A stretch of 64,000 nt of DNA from NCBI RefSeq assembly GCF_963921235.1, contig NC_086108.1, positions 29,824,001 to 29,888,000 on the forward strand, written 5' to 3'. Under the pieces are notes generated by a model that was not told where the DNA came from, ran no database searches, and was given only the letters and a program-made list of their open reading frames with translations. The translations under genes and the position numbers were made by a program. Below, piece after piece: positions 13,755 through 27,055 of this stretch; position 1 is the first letter of the stretch; each line of letters starts with the position of its first letter. This DNA comes from Mobula hypostoma. Lineage: Eukaryota.

Positions 13755-13959
13755 TGTATGTTTTCACAAAAAAAATGACATGAGTTGTTTCATGTTTCAG
13801 AAAAAACTGTAATAACTCATTTATGGAATTCCAAAAACTGTACGCAAAGCATGGTAAAAGTCCTTTGCATAATTATGCCATCACATCAGACCAGCCTCTC
13901 AAAGTGAGCCCCAACTCAATGTTGGTGTTTGAGAATTATGTATGTTTCCACCTATTACA
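13755..13959 (-). repeat. Putative 5' LTR (about 205 bp) of the Gypsy element
   Basis: TGTA...TACA termini directly next to the PBS; no second LTR copy was found to confirm the boundary. Confidence 0.6.
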
Positions 13960-14029
13960 TTTTTCTGCAGGTTTCATGGGCTGAACTGTCACCTGCAATG
14001 TTGAAAAATGTTGTGCCTTGCAGTTCGGA

Positions 14030-14520
14030 AACCTTCAGAATGCAGAGTATGTCCTTCACCTCAAAATGGTCCACCCCTCTCCATTCCCTGCCTGTTCATG
14101 TGCCAGTCTAAATGCCTCTTAAATATTGCTATTGTATCTGCTTCCACCACTTCCTCGGTAATGCATTCCTGGCACCTACCACTCTGTATTTTTAAAAAGA
14201 AAACTTGCCTCATAAATCTCTAAACTTCCCCCTTAAATTCCGACTCTAATAACTTGTCACAAGTTAAGAACCTTAAATCTCTGCTGTTTAGTATTTGACA
14301 TTTCTACCCTGGGGAAGGAAAGATTATTCCTATCCACCCTATGTATGCCATTTGTAATTTTATATGTTTCAAGAAGCTATTGATATTCCAACAGTCTAAG
14401 TTTGTCCAATTTCCTTCATTTAGTTAATGCTCTGCACTCCAGGCAACTTACTGGTGAATCTCTTCTGCACCTCTGCAAAGCTTCCACATCCTTCCTATAA
14501 TGCCATGACCAGATCTATAG
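14030..14520 (-). mobile_element. CR1 LINE 3' fragment
   Basis: Reverse-complement similarity to the CR1 3' ends at 9100-9640 and 63400-63928. Confidence 0.7.
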
Positions 14521-15229
14521 AACTACATTCATAGAGTGAATGTTGCAGCACTGTATTAAAATTCCCCTGGGCTGTTCTTTCTCTTGAAGTTTTGTTTTCG
14601 GAAGAATTCCAGGAGCACAGTCAACTGACACAATGATACATTTTGTGATTTGTCATCGGTTTATATATTTTTGGACTTCTAATCCAATGGGTGAGAAAAT
14701 TTGCCACATCAAAGCCATATTTATAACTCTGCATTTCTAAAAAATGAAATATGTTTGGGAGCAGATATGCCAGCTCCTGAATCTAAAACATGCCATCTGA
14801 ATTGCTCTTATCTATGAATTAGGTACCAAGTATGATTTGGTACCATTAAAGGACAATATGTGATAATGCTTTATGCCAAAGTTTTGAATTCCTATTGTAG
14901 CACGTGACTTGTGACTTAATCCTATGTTTCATAATTGATAAGTCAATAAATCAAGTAACTGAGAGATTCAGAGTTGAGCTTTAAGGAGAGTGGGAAAACA
15001 GAGAATAAAGTTAATTACTAAGAAGGCTAGTGAAACACTGATTTTTTTTGTGTGCAAAGAGTGGAACACTTGTCCGTAACTTGCAGAGTGGTTTTGGATC
15101 TGAACTCTTGTCAAATATAAAGAGTCAATAGGATCAAATGGACAGATTGTAACACCCAGAACAGTGGGCTGAACTTCCATCTCCTTGATCTGTACCATCT
15201 TTACCAAATGTGTTTACACATACTGTGGC

Positions 15230-15950
15230 AAATGCTCAGCAAGATGCTTAACAGAGCAATAAACAGCAAGATAGAGACTAATTGCATTTGAGGATGTCAC
15301 AATAGATTAAAACCTTGATCAAAGATTGTGTTGAAGGACAGAAGTCTGGGGAGGGAGCCACAGATTCAAGCCTTGTAGCCAAAATAGTAGCATTTTAACT
15401 CTGGTCATGAATTGTAGAATGGGTTGGAGCACTTGAAAGATGGTAATTGCTGTAAGAGATGAGATGTGGGGGCATGATGAGACTGTGAAGAAAGGTTAAG
15501 ACTAAGAGATTTGAAATTGAAACATCATTTAAACCAAGGTAGGTCAGCACTGAGGTGATGGATTAAAGGCAAGGCACAGCCTGCAGAGCTTTGGATGAGC
15601 TTGTGTTTGTAAAAGTACAACCAGCAGGAGCTGATAGAGATGCATTAGAATGGTAAAGATATGGACAGTGTCAGCAGTTAAGGCAGAGTGGGCAATGGAA
15701 AGAAAGAGAAAGTAGCCAGTTCGAGTGATCTTTTGCTCAAATTGAATAATGAAAAGCTTGAACCTGTTTTACTGAGAGATGGTCATTTTGTGACAAAAGC
15801 CAAAGCTTATAATTTCATGTTCAAGGTATCTTGAGCAATGTTTCCAAATGCACAACTAAATGTCATTTGGAGACTTAGATAAGTTAGAGGTCAGATCAGT
15901 ATAGATGAGAAAGATGTAGTACTTTTGCATGATGGAAGTAACAACATAAA
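15230..15950 (-). mobile_element. Highly decayed L2-like LINE remnant
   Basis: Purine-rich tract resembling the antisense strand of old elasmobranch L2 3' regions; no clean peptide motif. Confidence 0.35.
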
Positions 15951-16054
15951 AAAAAAAGTTGGTGAAGACCAAAGCTAACTCTCGGGGAATAATTAAATGC
16001 ATGAGTTGGAGACAAGGAAGGAAGCCATTGCTGCTAGTTCTTTTAATTATAATA

Positions 16055-18360
16055 AGATCATAAGACATAGGAGCATAACTAGACCACTCTGCCCATCGAG
16101 TCTGCTCCACCATTCCATCATCTTTGATTTATTATCCCTCTCAACCCTGTTATACCCAATGGCTAAAAAAAATTCCTTCTCATCTCTGTTCTGTGGACAT
16201 CCGTCTATTCTGAGGCTGGGCCCTTTGGTCCTAGATTCCACCACTATAATAAACATCCTCTCCATATCCACTCCATCTAGGCCTTTCAGAATCCTATAGG
16301 TTTTGATAAGATCCCCATCATTCTTCTGAACTCCAGTGAGTACAGGCCCAGAACCATTAAACGCTCCTCATACATTAACCCTTTCATTCCTTAATCATTC
16401 CTGTGAACCTCCTCTGGACTCCCTCCAATGCCAGCACATCTTTTCTTAGATAAGGGCCCTAAACTGCTCACAGTACTCCACGTGTGGTCTGACCAGTGCC
16501 TTATAAAGCCTAGCATCACGTCCTTGCTTTTGTATTCTAGTTCTCTTGAAATGAATGCTAACATTGCATTTGCCTTCCTCACCACCGACTCAACTTGCAA
16601 GTTAACCTTCAAAGAATCCTGCACAAGGACTCCTAAATCCCTTTGCACCTCTAATATTTGAATTTTCTCCTTGTTTAGAAAATAGTCTCTGCCTTTATTC
16701 CTTCTAGCAAAAGTACATGACCATACACTTCTGTACACTATATTCCACCTGGCACCACTTTGCCATTCTCCCAATCTGTCCAGATTGTTCACCAGATTCC
16801 CTGCTTCCTGACACTACATGCCCTCCACTTGTCTTCATATCATCTGCAAACTTGGCCATAAAGCTATCATTTCTAGCATGAAAATTGTTGATATATAATA
16901 TGAAAAGAAGCGGTCCCAATACTGAACCCTGCAGAACACCAGCTGCCAACCAGTTTAGGCTTGCTTTATTTCGTATACTCTGGGCATAGAAATATAAATC
17001 CTTCAGTCCTATATTAATCACCCTTTTCAATTTTGCTCCCACATGACACCAGCTCAACCAACTGACTGAAATTTTGTCCTTTCATCTGCCTGTCCTTCTT
17101 CAGTCTCACTACAAATTGCATCTATTTGTATTTCAACCACCCCATCCTTAGTCCTATCACTCCTGTTCCCATCCCCCCACCAACTTAGTTTAAACCTTCC
17201 CCAATAGCTCTAGCTAAACAGCCTGCAAGGATATTTGTCTACCTCAGGTTTAGGTGTAACCCATCCTTTTTGTACAGGTCATACATTCCCCAGAAGAGAT
17301 CCCAACGATCTGGAAATCTGAAACCATGCCCCCTCCATCACTTCCTCAGCCACTCGGTCATCTGTACTGGCATCCTATTCCTGCCCTGTCTAGCACGTAG
17401 TACTGCGAGTAATCCAGAGATTACTTCCTTGAAGATCCTGCTCGTCAGCCTCCCCTAACTTCCTGCTCTCTCTGCTCAGAACCTCTTCCCCTTTTCTACC
17501 TATGTCATTGGTGCCAATGTGTACCATGACCTCTGGCTGCTCACCCTCCCCCCTGAGAATCTTCTGTTGCCACTCTGAAACATCCTGGGCCCTAGCACCA
17601 AGGAGGCAACACATTATCCTGGTTTCTCTTTTTCAGCCTTAGAATCTGCTGTCTGTCCCTCCAACTATCGAGTCTCCTATCACTACCACTCTGTCTGACT
17701 TTAACTTTCCCTGTTGAGTCTCAGAGCTGGCCACAGTACTACTGTGCCCTGATGGGTCATCCCCTCTAGCGGTATCCAAAGGGGTCTACCTGGTGCTGAG
17801 GGGAATGGCCACAGGTAAACCCTGCACTGACTGCTTCCTCCCATTACTTCTCCTAGCTGTCAATCTATTGAAGCAGCCAGTCACTAGCATTGGAATTCTT
17901 ATTCAATGCACTCAGGGTGTGATCACCTCAGTTAAAGTCTCATCTGTGAAGTTTTCATTCTCCCAGATGGTTCTAAGTACATCCAGCTCCGGCTCCAGCT
18001 CCAGTTCTTTGACCGTGTCAGTCAGGAGCTGCAGTTAGATGCCCACCCCGTAGATTTAGTCATCAGGGTACCCTGAAATCCCACATCTCACAGTTGGAGC
18101 ATTCTGCTGTTTGATCTACCATCTTGTCAACACTTGTTTTACCTCTATTTTCAACTTAAGTTCTAACCTGCATCTGTTCTCTCCCAAGCCTGACCATCCT
18201 AATACTGGCCCACTCCAAACTATGGCCGCTTTGCTTATACCTTGCTTCTTTTTATTGGACCCTGACAAGTTACTTAACCCAAGCAATCTCCCATTCTGCA
18301 AACAAGTCCCAACAGGCTCCCTGATGGCTAAATCTGCAGGATGGGCACGTAACGGCAGCT
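16055..18360 (-). mobile_element. CR1 LINE with ORF1, 3' end and a large internal deletion in ORF2
   Basis: ORF1 GARAQDV..GEGEQPEVMVHIGTNDIG. The ORF at 16704-17057 fuses the endonuclease start YFYAQSIRNK directly to RT GVLQGSVLGPLLF..FADD. The tail repeat is at about 16055. Confidence 0.9.
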
Positions 18361-19617
18361 CCTGACTGACGTATCTGGCTTCAGCAAATCCAGAGCATAA
18401 CCCTGCTTCAAAAGTGATGGTCATGGTCATCTTCTGGAACCAGATGTGAGCCTGGACACTTGCCACAAAACCACTCCCATCAATTTAACACCTCCATGGT
18501 AACAGATTGCTTTACCACTGTGGCCACGATAGTGTTTTTCTGAATATTAACATATTCAGCCACAATTTACCAGAGAAGGTTTTCCCCCCACTTTTCTCGT
18601 GTTCTTTCACTAGTACTTGCCCCAGAATGCACTTTGGTCATTTGATTATCACAGGAGCCTGCTGTGTGCAAGGTTGGCTACTGCAGCTACCTTAGAAGCT
18701 GCTAAGCTGGTTGTAATGAGCCTTGAGACATTCTACTTTTGAAAGAGTGAGTGAGTGTTTTTGCTCTCTCTGCCTGTGTCTGCATTCTTCACTTAATTAA
18801 GCAATGCCCTTTGTAACTTGACTGTATACCAAAGGTTTGCTCAATAAAATATCCTGTTCCAATACATGAATCCCACATTGTACGTTGAACTCTGAAGGTT
18901 TATAATCTAACCATTTTTATTGCTTTTCTAATTAACAAAGCAGCACAAAGTTCACACAAATCCATGTCATTATCTTTCATTAAATTTGAAAAGTGAGATG
19001 TTTCATATTCTAAACAAGAACAGGGATCGACCATTTTGGAAGAAATTCCACAATGGAATCCTAAGCATGTTTTTCATGTCCATTGGTTTCCATAGCCTTT
19101 AGAAGCAAAAAAAAATTCTGAATGACACCTCACCACCTGTAAATGTTCTCCATTTCATCATTGCCTAACGAAGGGCACTTCTGTGGTTGCTCTAAACTTA
19201 ACTCTTTCCTGAAGTGTGTAAATTCTACAGGAAGAGATGAATACTCACATGGAAAAATGCTTTGAGGTTTATTCGCACATTGTGCAGTGAATTAGATCTG
19301 CCTTCAAGAAATTTTACATTAGTATTACCTAGAAATTATACATACATTTTACACTCCCCACCACCAATAGTTAATTACTCATAGCAAATCTTCTGGAGTG
19401 AAATGCAACAGTAACAATTTCCAGGTCACTGAACAGGCAAATCCTGGCAACAATTACCCTTGCATATAGAAATATTTCTTTATTCAGTGCTTATAGCATT
19501 TTACTGTACATAGACTTGGACCTCGGAAATCAAGTTCTCCACAGTTTTTCTCCATAAAAGGCCACGTTGACCACACCCTAGACATTGTCTTGCCCTCACC
19601 AAAACATCCAGATGGTG

Positions 19618-19824
19618 TACACAAGAGATTTTGGAGATGCTGGAAAATTCAGAGCAACAAATGCAAAATGTTGAAGGAATTCAGCGGGTTAGGCAGCATC
19701 TATGAGGAGGAATAAACAGTTGCTGTTTCGGGTGAGATCATGCATCAGGGCCGGAAAGGAAGTGGGATGGCGGAAGCCAGAATAAAGAGGTGGGGGGAGG
19801 GGAAGGAGTACAAGCTGGCAAGTT
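19618..19824 (-). mobile_element. Short Penelope-like 3' fragment with hammerhead remnant
   Basis: Same family as 5930-6170; imperfect TSD CAGATGGTG / CAAATGGTG (19609-19617, 19825-19833). Confidence 0.75.
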
Positions 19825-19878
19825 CAAATGGTGATTGCCCATTGATTTTTCTTTTGAGTGGAAGTATGACGCTCTTAA

Positions 19879-20004
19879 CTACTACTACTACGTCGACTCA
19901 GGCCTAGGGGGCTGGCGTTGGGCACGATGACAGACTCTCCATTTCTCCCTCTCCCTCATCAGTGTGTTCAGTTCATCTACATTAGCCGCGCCGCTGTCTT
20001 CTAG
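19879..20004 (-). mobile_element. RTE/RTEX-like LINE extreme 3' fragment with (TAG)n tail
   Basis: Minus strand reads LEDSGAANVDELNTLMREREKWR...ST* followed by TAG repeats; TSD CGCTCTTAA / CGCTTTTAA (19870-19878, 20005-20013). Confidence 0.6.
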
Positions 20005-20280
20005 CGCTTTTAAAGCACATCTTAAATGAATAAAAATAATAAGCAATTATATTAGGTTAGTTCTGACAAATGTCTATACTATAGCTGGGAGATCTTGTAT
20101 AGAGTGAGGCCAGGTTTGCTGTTTATTTATAACGTTCTCAGGGAATATCATACTTGAGGAATACTTTGCTAAATCTTTACAGTTTGTTGTATTTGTACAA
20201 ATCAGCAGGGTGCTAGTGAGAGTGGAGAGCTCTATTTGCTCAGTAAGGTAGGTACATTTTTAAGTAAGTTCTATGCTTTA

Positions 20281-21002
20281 AAGGCTGATTTATACTTGTG
20301 CATACTAGCTTACGCCGTAGCCTACGCAAGTGGGCTACGCTGTTGTGAGCATTTATACTTGTGCATTGGTGTGTCTGCATCGCTCTGCAATTCATTGCCA
20401 AAACGCTAGTTGGCGGTAGGGTTTCTATGCCACTGCGTTGAGTTTCTTCGTGTTGAAACTCAACACGAAGGAACTCAAACTTCAAACAATGGCGACTGAA
20501 ACTGAAGGAGGGTGAATTTTCTGTGCTTGTCCGGCCACTGAGAAACATGGACGAGGAAATGCATTTCAAATATTTTCGGATGTCAGCAGGTAGATTTGAC
20601 GATTTGGTTCATCATCTCCAACCATTTATTTTGCATCAGTGTACACACAGTATACTCAGAGACTGACAATCACCATTCGAGTTTTAGCTTCAGGTGGAAG
20701 TCAACAGTTTGGCGTCAAGCACAGTCCTCCATAATTTCGGAGGTCTGTAAACCATTATGGATTGCAGCCAGAGTTCCTTCCCTGCCCTTCAGTCACCAAT
20801 GGGAAGCTATTGCAGTGTAGAAGGAAACGCGATGCTACCAAGCGGACCAATCACAGTTGTTGTGGTCTGCGTCGCCGCAATGTGTAGTTACATTTTTGGG
20901 AAGGTGGGCTATGGTGTAGGGTACAGCGTATGGCATGGTGTAGGGTATGCAGCTACGCCGTACCTACGGCGTCAATTTGACGCACAAGTATAAATTGGCC
21001 TT
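20281..21002 (+). mobile_element. Non-autonomous PIF/Harbinger DNA transposon
   Basis: 21-bp TIRs AAGGCTGATTTATACTTGTGC / GCACAAGTATAAATTGGCCTT (19/21 match) with TA/TWA flanks. Transposase remnants [24 protein letters not shown] and SIISEVCKPLW lie at 20538-20760. Confidence 0.85.
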
Positions 21003-21039
21003 TAGTCTCAACTCGTATCAGTTGCCACAGTAAATTATA

Positions 21040-21340
21040 GGTGTCACGGTGGTGTAGAGGCTAGCACAACACTATTACAGCTCGGGGCATTGGAATTCAG
21101 AGTTCAATCCCATTGTTGTCTCAAGGAATCTCTGTACATTCTTCCCATGGAATGCCTTGGTTTTCTCTGGGTCCTCCAGTTTCATCCTGCAGTCCAAAGA
21201 TGTACCGGGTAGGTTGACTGGTCATTGTAAATTGTTCTGTGTTTAGGTAGGTTAGGTTTAAATTGGGGTTGTCAGGGATTGCTGGGTGGTGCTGCTCGAA
21301 AGGCCAAAAGGGCCTATTCCGTACTCTCTCTATAGATTAA
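21040..21340 (+). mobile_element. tRNA-derived V-domain SINE (HE1-like)
   Basis: A-box-like GGTGGTGTAGAGG and B-box GTTCAATCC; V-domain-like GGTTTTCTCTGGGTCCTCCAGTTTC..CAGTCCAAAGATGT..GTAAATTG; LINE-like 3' tail. Confidence 0.75.
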
Positions 21341-23496
21341 GAAAACAAGGTAAACTTTTTTTTGTGGGGGGTGGGGGGCAGAAGTTACCTATTCCCTTTT
21401 CTGGTATTAGTGAGGTGTTTTAATTGTGGTGGTGGGTCAGAAGTAAAATAAAGCTGGAAGTAGAAATGCATTTATGACTTGATTTCACTTTTTTTAAAAA
21501 GGCAATTTTTGAGGAATGCTTTACATTCAGTACTATTTTCTCCACTTTAGGGCTGAGTAGATAATTATAATGTTAAAGTTCTTTTTATGTTCAACTTGAC
21601 TGGGCCAATACCTGTACAACATATGGTTTTATTTAACATTGGTAGCTACCACAGGATCTATCGGTTCCTTTGTTTGAAAACCTCTCTACCTGCCCCTTGC
21701 AACCCCTTGAACCTAAAGACTGGTTTCCTGGAATCTCCTCATTCACAGAAAAATGCAATTCTCAACCCTTGATGAGAATCACTAGATTAGCCACATTTGG
21801 AAGTGTTGGTTAGATATACTTTGGTAATGTATGTGCAATTTGAGATATCTGAGTAATAACAAAGCTGTAATACTTTAATCTCAGTAGCTATGCACTACTC
21901 TTAAGAAATGGTGACGAGCATGAGAAGCTTCATTGTTGGAATTAACTATATATACAGTGGATAGTGAGAAATTCTTTGACTTGTAGCAGGCACATCTAAA
22001 GCCAAAGGGCATAGGCTTAATGTGAGGAGCGTTAGGGTTAGAAGCTATTAGAGCGTATCTGAGGAGTGGGGTGGGGAGAAACATCACTACAGGGTGGTTG
22101 CAATCGTAGGAGGTGGAAGCAGCCAGTCTCTAGCATTGAATTCTTGTCTACATGAGCACTCTAATAGCAAGGGTAAAGATCAAGTCCTGTTAAATGAGAT
22201 ACATTATAGGTGTGTTCTTGATGCTTGGCATGGGCATAGAGGCTAACGGACCTGTTTCTGCAATCTGATTCTATGAGTGTGATGGGCAGAATACTGCTGT
22301 ATCTCTGGTAGTTCCAGGTGATTGTGATTTTAGTAGTAGTCATCCCTGCTGCTGCAGTTGACCCCATAATAGTGGCACATGGCATATACCATGACCTCTC
22401 CATATTAAACAATTGCTATGAATCCTGTGGACTTCTCTGCATTCTATAGGCTGTTTAGCTTACTCAAATGACTATGTATGCACACTACCAGTTTCATTGT
22501 ATATTGTAGTATTGCTTATGCCGATCTGGGAGACTCAAAGATATTGAGTCCATTCCTGTGTTAGTTTAATACTTTTAAGTTGGTTTCAGCAATGGTAGGC
22601 CTTACTTCAAGGAATACATTCAGATCCTTAATCTTCCTCACTACTGTCTTGGGCTTCACGCAATGAGATTGTGTGGTCCATATGAATCCTTGAGTACGTT
22701 GACCAATTGAAGGAGACTTTTGGAACTGTTGTCTTCAATATCCCAGTTCTTCACTTGAAACTTGACTGGTGCTGTAATCACTCAAACTTTGTCATATAAT
22801 CTGAATTCCGTCACTATTTTTAGTGTATCATGATGTTTGCTTTGCTTCAACTGCCTTTCTCCCACCTTCCCTTCTAAATTTGGCTGTTTTAGACAGTGCT
22901 AGGAATTCTGGGCATCACTATTTCTTCAGGAACATATCCTGTTACAGAGAATGGTATTGATCTCTGATTCTGAAGAATCTGTCCTCTGACGACATCTGAC
23001 CAACCATGAATGACTTGAAGCTTTCATAGCACATACATTGTCTCTTGGCCAACTTTGATAGGTGACGAGATGTAAAAAGATATTTAATCTGGTTTTGTTT
23101 CCAGAAATAGTTTAATTTGAACAGTGACCAATATTGTGTACCATTGTTTCATAGCAATCACTATTGTGAAAGTGTATCCAAATTCTAGTTCAATGATCGT
23201 GAATAGGCCATGTTCTTGTTAGTGCACATGCTTTTGCAAATAGTCTTTGCACATGTGCTAACATGGCTTTGAAGGACATTAGAACACTTTGGTTGTTATA
23301 TCTTAGGAAACGTGGACTTGTTGACGATCCCTTTCGGGTCTTAGTCTATGAACAGCCAAACAGATAAGACTATAGGCTTTTGTATTAACAATACCCAAGT
23401 GCAGTAATGGTATTATTAAATTCTATGTTCGTGACTAAATCTCTATAGTCCCAATTGGCACAGCACTGGTTTGTGGACAGCTTGCTACAGAGTTAG

Positions 23497-25805
23497 TCAT
23501 AGCACACAACAACACAGAAACAGGCCACTCAGCCCATCTAGTCCACTAATCTGCACCTGGACCATAGCCCTCCATACCCCTCCCATCTGTGTACTTATCC
23601 AAACTTCTCTTAAGTGTTGAAACTGAACTGCATCTCCACATTCTCACCACCCACACACAAAGTTCCCCTCATATTTCCCTTAAACATTAGACTTTTCACC
23701 CTTAACCCATGACCTCTTGTTCTAGTCTCACCTAACCTTAGTGGAAAAAGCCTACTTTCATTTACCCTATCTATACTCCTCAATTTTGTATACCTCTATC
23801 AAATCTCTCCTCATTCTCCAGCACTCAAGATAAAGAAGTCCTAACATATTCAACCATCCCTTTAACTCAGATCCTCAAGTCCCGGTATCCTTGTAAATTT
23901 TCTCTGCATTCTTTCAATCATATAGCTTTCTTGTAGGTACATGATCAGAACTGCATACAGTACTCCAAATAAGGCCTCACCAATGTCTTCTACAACTTCA
24001 ACAAAACCTCCCTACTCCTGTACTCAGTAGATTGATTTATGAAGGCCAATGTGCCAAATACATTCTTTACGACCCTATCTATATGTGACACCACTGTCAA
24101 GGAATTATGGACCTGTATTCCCAGATCACTCAGTTCCATCACACTTCTCCATGTTAGTCCTTCAAAAGTGCAACACCTCACACTTGTCTGCCTTAAATTC
24201 CATCAGCCGTACCTCAGCCCACTTTTCCAGCAAATACAGGTCCTGCTGCAAGCTTTGATAGCCTTTCCACTAAGCCCCCGATCTTGGTGTCATCTGCAAA
24301 CTTGCTGATCCAGTTTACCACATTATCATCCAGGTCATTGATATAGATGACAAACATCAAAGGACGCAGCACCAATCCCTATAGCACACTACGAGTCACA
24401 GGCCTTCAGTCAGAGAGGAAGCACCTACTACCACTCTCTGGCTTCTCCAACAAAGCCAATGTTGAATGCAATTTACTACCTCATCCTGAATGCCAAGTGA
24501 CCGAACCTTCTTGACCATCTGCTCAAGCAAGACCTTATCAAAGGCCGTGCTAAAGCCCATGTAGACACCATTTTCTGCCTTTCCTTCATCAATATGCCTG
24601 GTAACTTCAAAAAATTATATTATATTGGTTAGACATGACTTGCCACATACAAAGCTATGCTGACTATTTCTAATAAGTCCCCTTCTGTCCAAATACTTAC
24701 ATATCCAATCCCTTAGAATACCTTCCATTGACTTAGCCACTACCCATGTCAAGCTCACTAGCCTATAATTTCACGAATTATTCTTAGAGCCTTTCTTATA
24801 CAACAAAAAAAATCAGCTATTCTCTAAACCTCCAGCACTTTACCCATGGCTAAGCACATTTTAAATAGGGACCATGCAATTTCTACACTAGTCTCCCACA
24901 AGATCAGAGAGAATACTGGGGTTTTATCTACCTTAATTTTCCTCAAGACAGCTAGCACCTCTTTTGTAATCTGTATATGGTGCATGACCTCACTGCTGTT
25001 TTGCCTCACTTCTACAGACTTGTGTCCAACTACTGATTAAATACAGATGTAAAAAATCTATTTAAGATCTCCCCCAACTCTTTCGGCTCCATGTGTAGAT
25101 TACCGTGCTGATCTTCGAGCAGACCAATTTTGTCCCTTGTTTTTCTTTGTTCTTAATATATATGTAGAAGCCCTTGAGATGCTTTTTCACACATTATCTT
25201 CAAGAGCAACCTTTTGCCTTCTTTTAGCCCTCCTGATTTCCTTCAGTGTCTCTTGCATTTTTTTTATACTCCTTAATTATCTCATTTCTTCCTTGCTGTC
25301 TACACCTGCTATACACTTTCTTCTTCTTAAACAGGGCCCACATCACTCAAAAACCAAGACTCCCTAAATCAGTTAGCCTTGCCTTTTATTCTGGTAGGAA
25401 CATACAAACTGTGTTATCTCAAAATTTCACTTTTGAACACCTCCCAAGAACCCAGCACGCCTTTGCCAGAAAACAGCCTATCCCAAACTATTATTAGCAA
25501 ATCTTTTGTGATACCATCAAAATTGGCCTTCCTCCAATTTAGAATCTCAACCTGAGGACCAGCTGTATCCTTTTCCATAATTATCTTGAACCTGATGTAA
25601 TTATGATCACTAGATCTAAAGTGTTCCCCTATACACAATTCTGTCCCCTGCCCTGTCTCGTTTCCCTAATAAGAGATCCAATGTCATACTCTCTCTAGTT
25701 GGAACCTCTAAAAATTCAGTGAAGAAACTTTCACGAGCACATTAGACAAACCCCGTCCCATCCAGCCATTTTACAGTATGGGAGTCTCAGTCAATGTGTG
25801 GAAAG
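23497..25805 (-). mobile_element. CR1 LINE, 5'-truncated, decayed ORF2
   Basis: Motifs GEHFRSSDHN, EILNWRKANF, KIKVDK and DLGIQVHNSL, plus a CR1-type 3' end. Confidence 0.92.
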
Positions 25806-25843
25806 TTTTAACTTTGCTTTAATATCAGATCCTTGTGTATCCA

Positions 25844-25981
25844 AAAACACAAGAAATGCTTCGGTGATGGAAATCCAGGGCAACACACACAAAATGCTGG
25901 AGGAACTCAGCAGGTCAGGTGGTATTTATGGAAAGGAATAAACAGTTGACGTTTAGGGCTGGGACCCTTCATTGGGACTCA
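25844..25981 (-). mobile_element. Short Penelope-like 3' fragment with hammerhead remnant
   Basis: Family hallmark CACAAAATGCTGGAGGAACTCAGCAGG; TSD TTGTGTATCCA / TTGTGCATCCA (25833-25843, 25982-25992). Confidence 0.8.
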
Positions 25982-26689
25982 TTGTGCATCCATTTTACTT
26001 TTGCCACCACTGTTAAAGAAAGACTATCATCCTCAACCATCTGTAGACTGTATCTTGCATCTTATCTAATTGTGATTCTTTATTGCGATCAGGATGTATT
26101 CATCTGTGGCATTTGGTTTGGATATTGAATTTTAGTGATCTAAATAGTGCTTCATTGTGGGTGTCGTGCATTGCTTGTGTAATCATTGTGCTTGAATGTG
26201 ATGGGCTTTGCCAATCCAAACAATTGGAACTTTGATCCCCACTTTGGTTCCCAAATACATTTTTTGGTAACTTCTCTCACACATGACTAAGTTAATACAA
26301 CTACTTCCTGACCATCATGTGGCTTGTAACTTCCCCAACATTACTGAAGGCATCACAAGTGAACTTTAATGAGTGCATAAAGAGAGCTTGCAGACCTTTT
26401 GCCCCTTGGCCCACCACCACAGTCTATCTTTCATCAGTTGATGCAGAATTTTGTACTATTACGAGATGTAGCTGAAGCTTTGGAGGGGATCATATTGGAC
26501 TGTGACTGAGAAGGTCAAAGGTAATATCTTCAGCCTTTAACGGGATGTAGATAATTTTGTGTCCACTTTCAAGCCCAATTAAATCCACTTCTTTCTGTAC
26601 AATAACACATTTACTCTTAGTTTAATACTGTGGTCAGGAAGCATCTTGAATACATCAATATTCAGGATCTTAATTGACAGGCAATTTAT

Positions 26690-27055
26690 TATGTAGGGAT
26701 GATCCTGATTTTCCAGTCTCCGGTTATTTTCATTCTCTCACACTTCCATTCTGAGTCTGTTCTTCTATCCTTCTCCAGCATGGCAGCATCTTGTCCTCCA
26801 TACTGGCACAATATGGCCATTGGTACCTGATATTGAATTTAACAAACTCAAGTAGCCTATCATAGTCATTCTACCGTCTCTACATTTCACTCTCTCTGCT
26901 TCACTCTCTTGTTTTGTTCATTTTCCAGTTCTGATGGAAGGTCCTTGACTTGAGATATTGACTCTTGACTATTTCTCTCCCACAGACCAGGCAGCACCTA
27001 AGGACTTGCATAACTTTGTTTTTTGTTTTGAATTTCCAGTGTCTGCATTTTTTCC
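26690..27055 (+). mobile_element. Older Penelope-like 3' fragment
   Basis: Diverged similarity to the PLE 3' end, including CTGATGGAAGG near 26930 and the TTTCCAGTGTCTGCA tail. Confidence 0.5.

Noticed and set aside
13950..14111. Acceptor-like TTTTTCTGCAG and a 60-aa ORF
   Set aside because: Lies at an LTR/CR1 boundary, with no donor or protein similarity.
21040..21115. tRNA-like A/B boxes
   Set aside because: No cloverleaf; this is the head of a V-SINE, not a tRNA gene.
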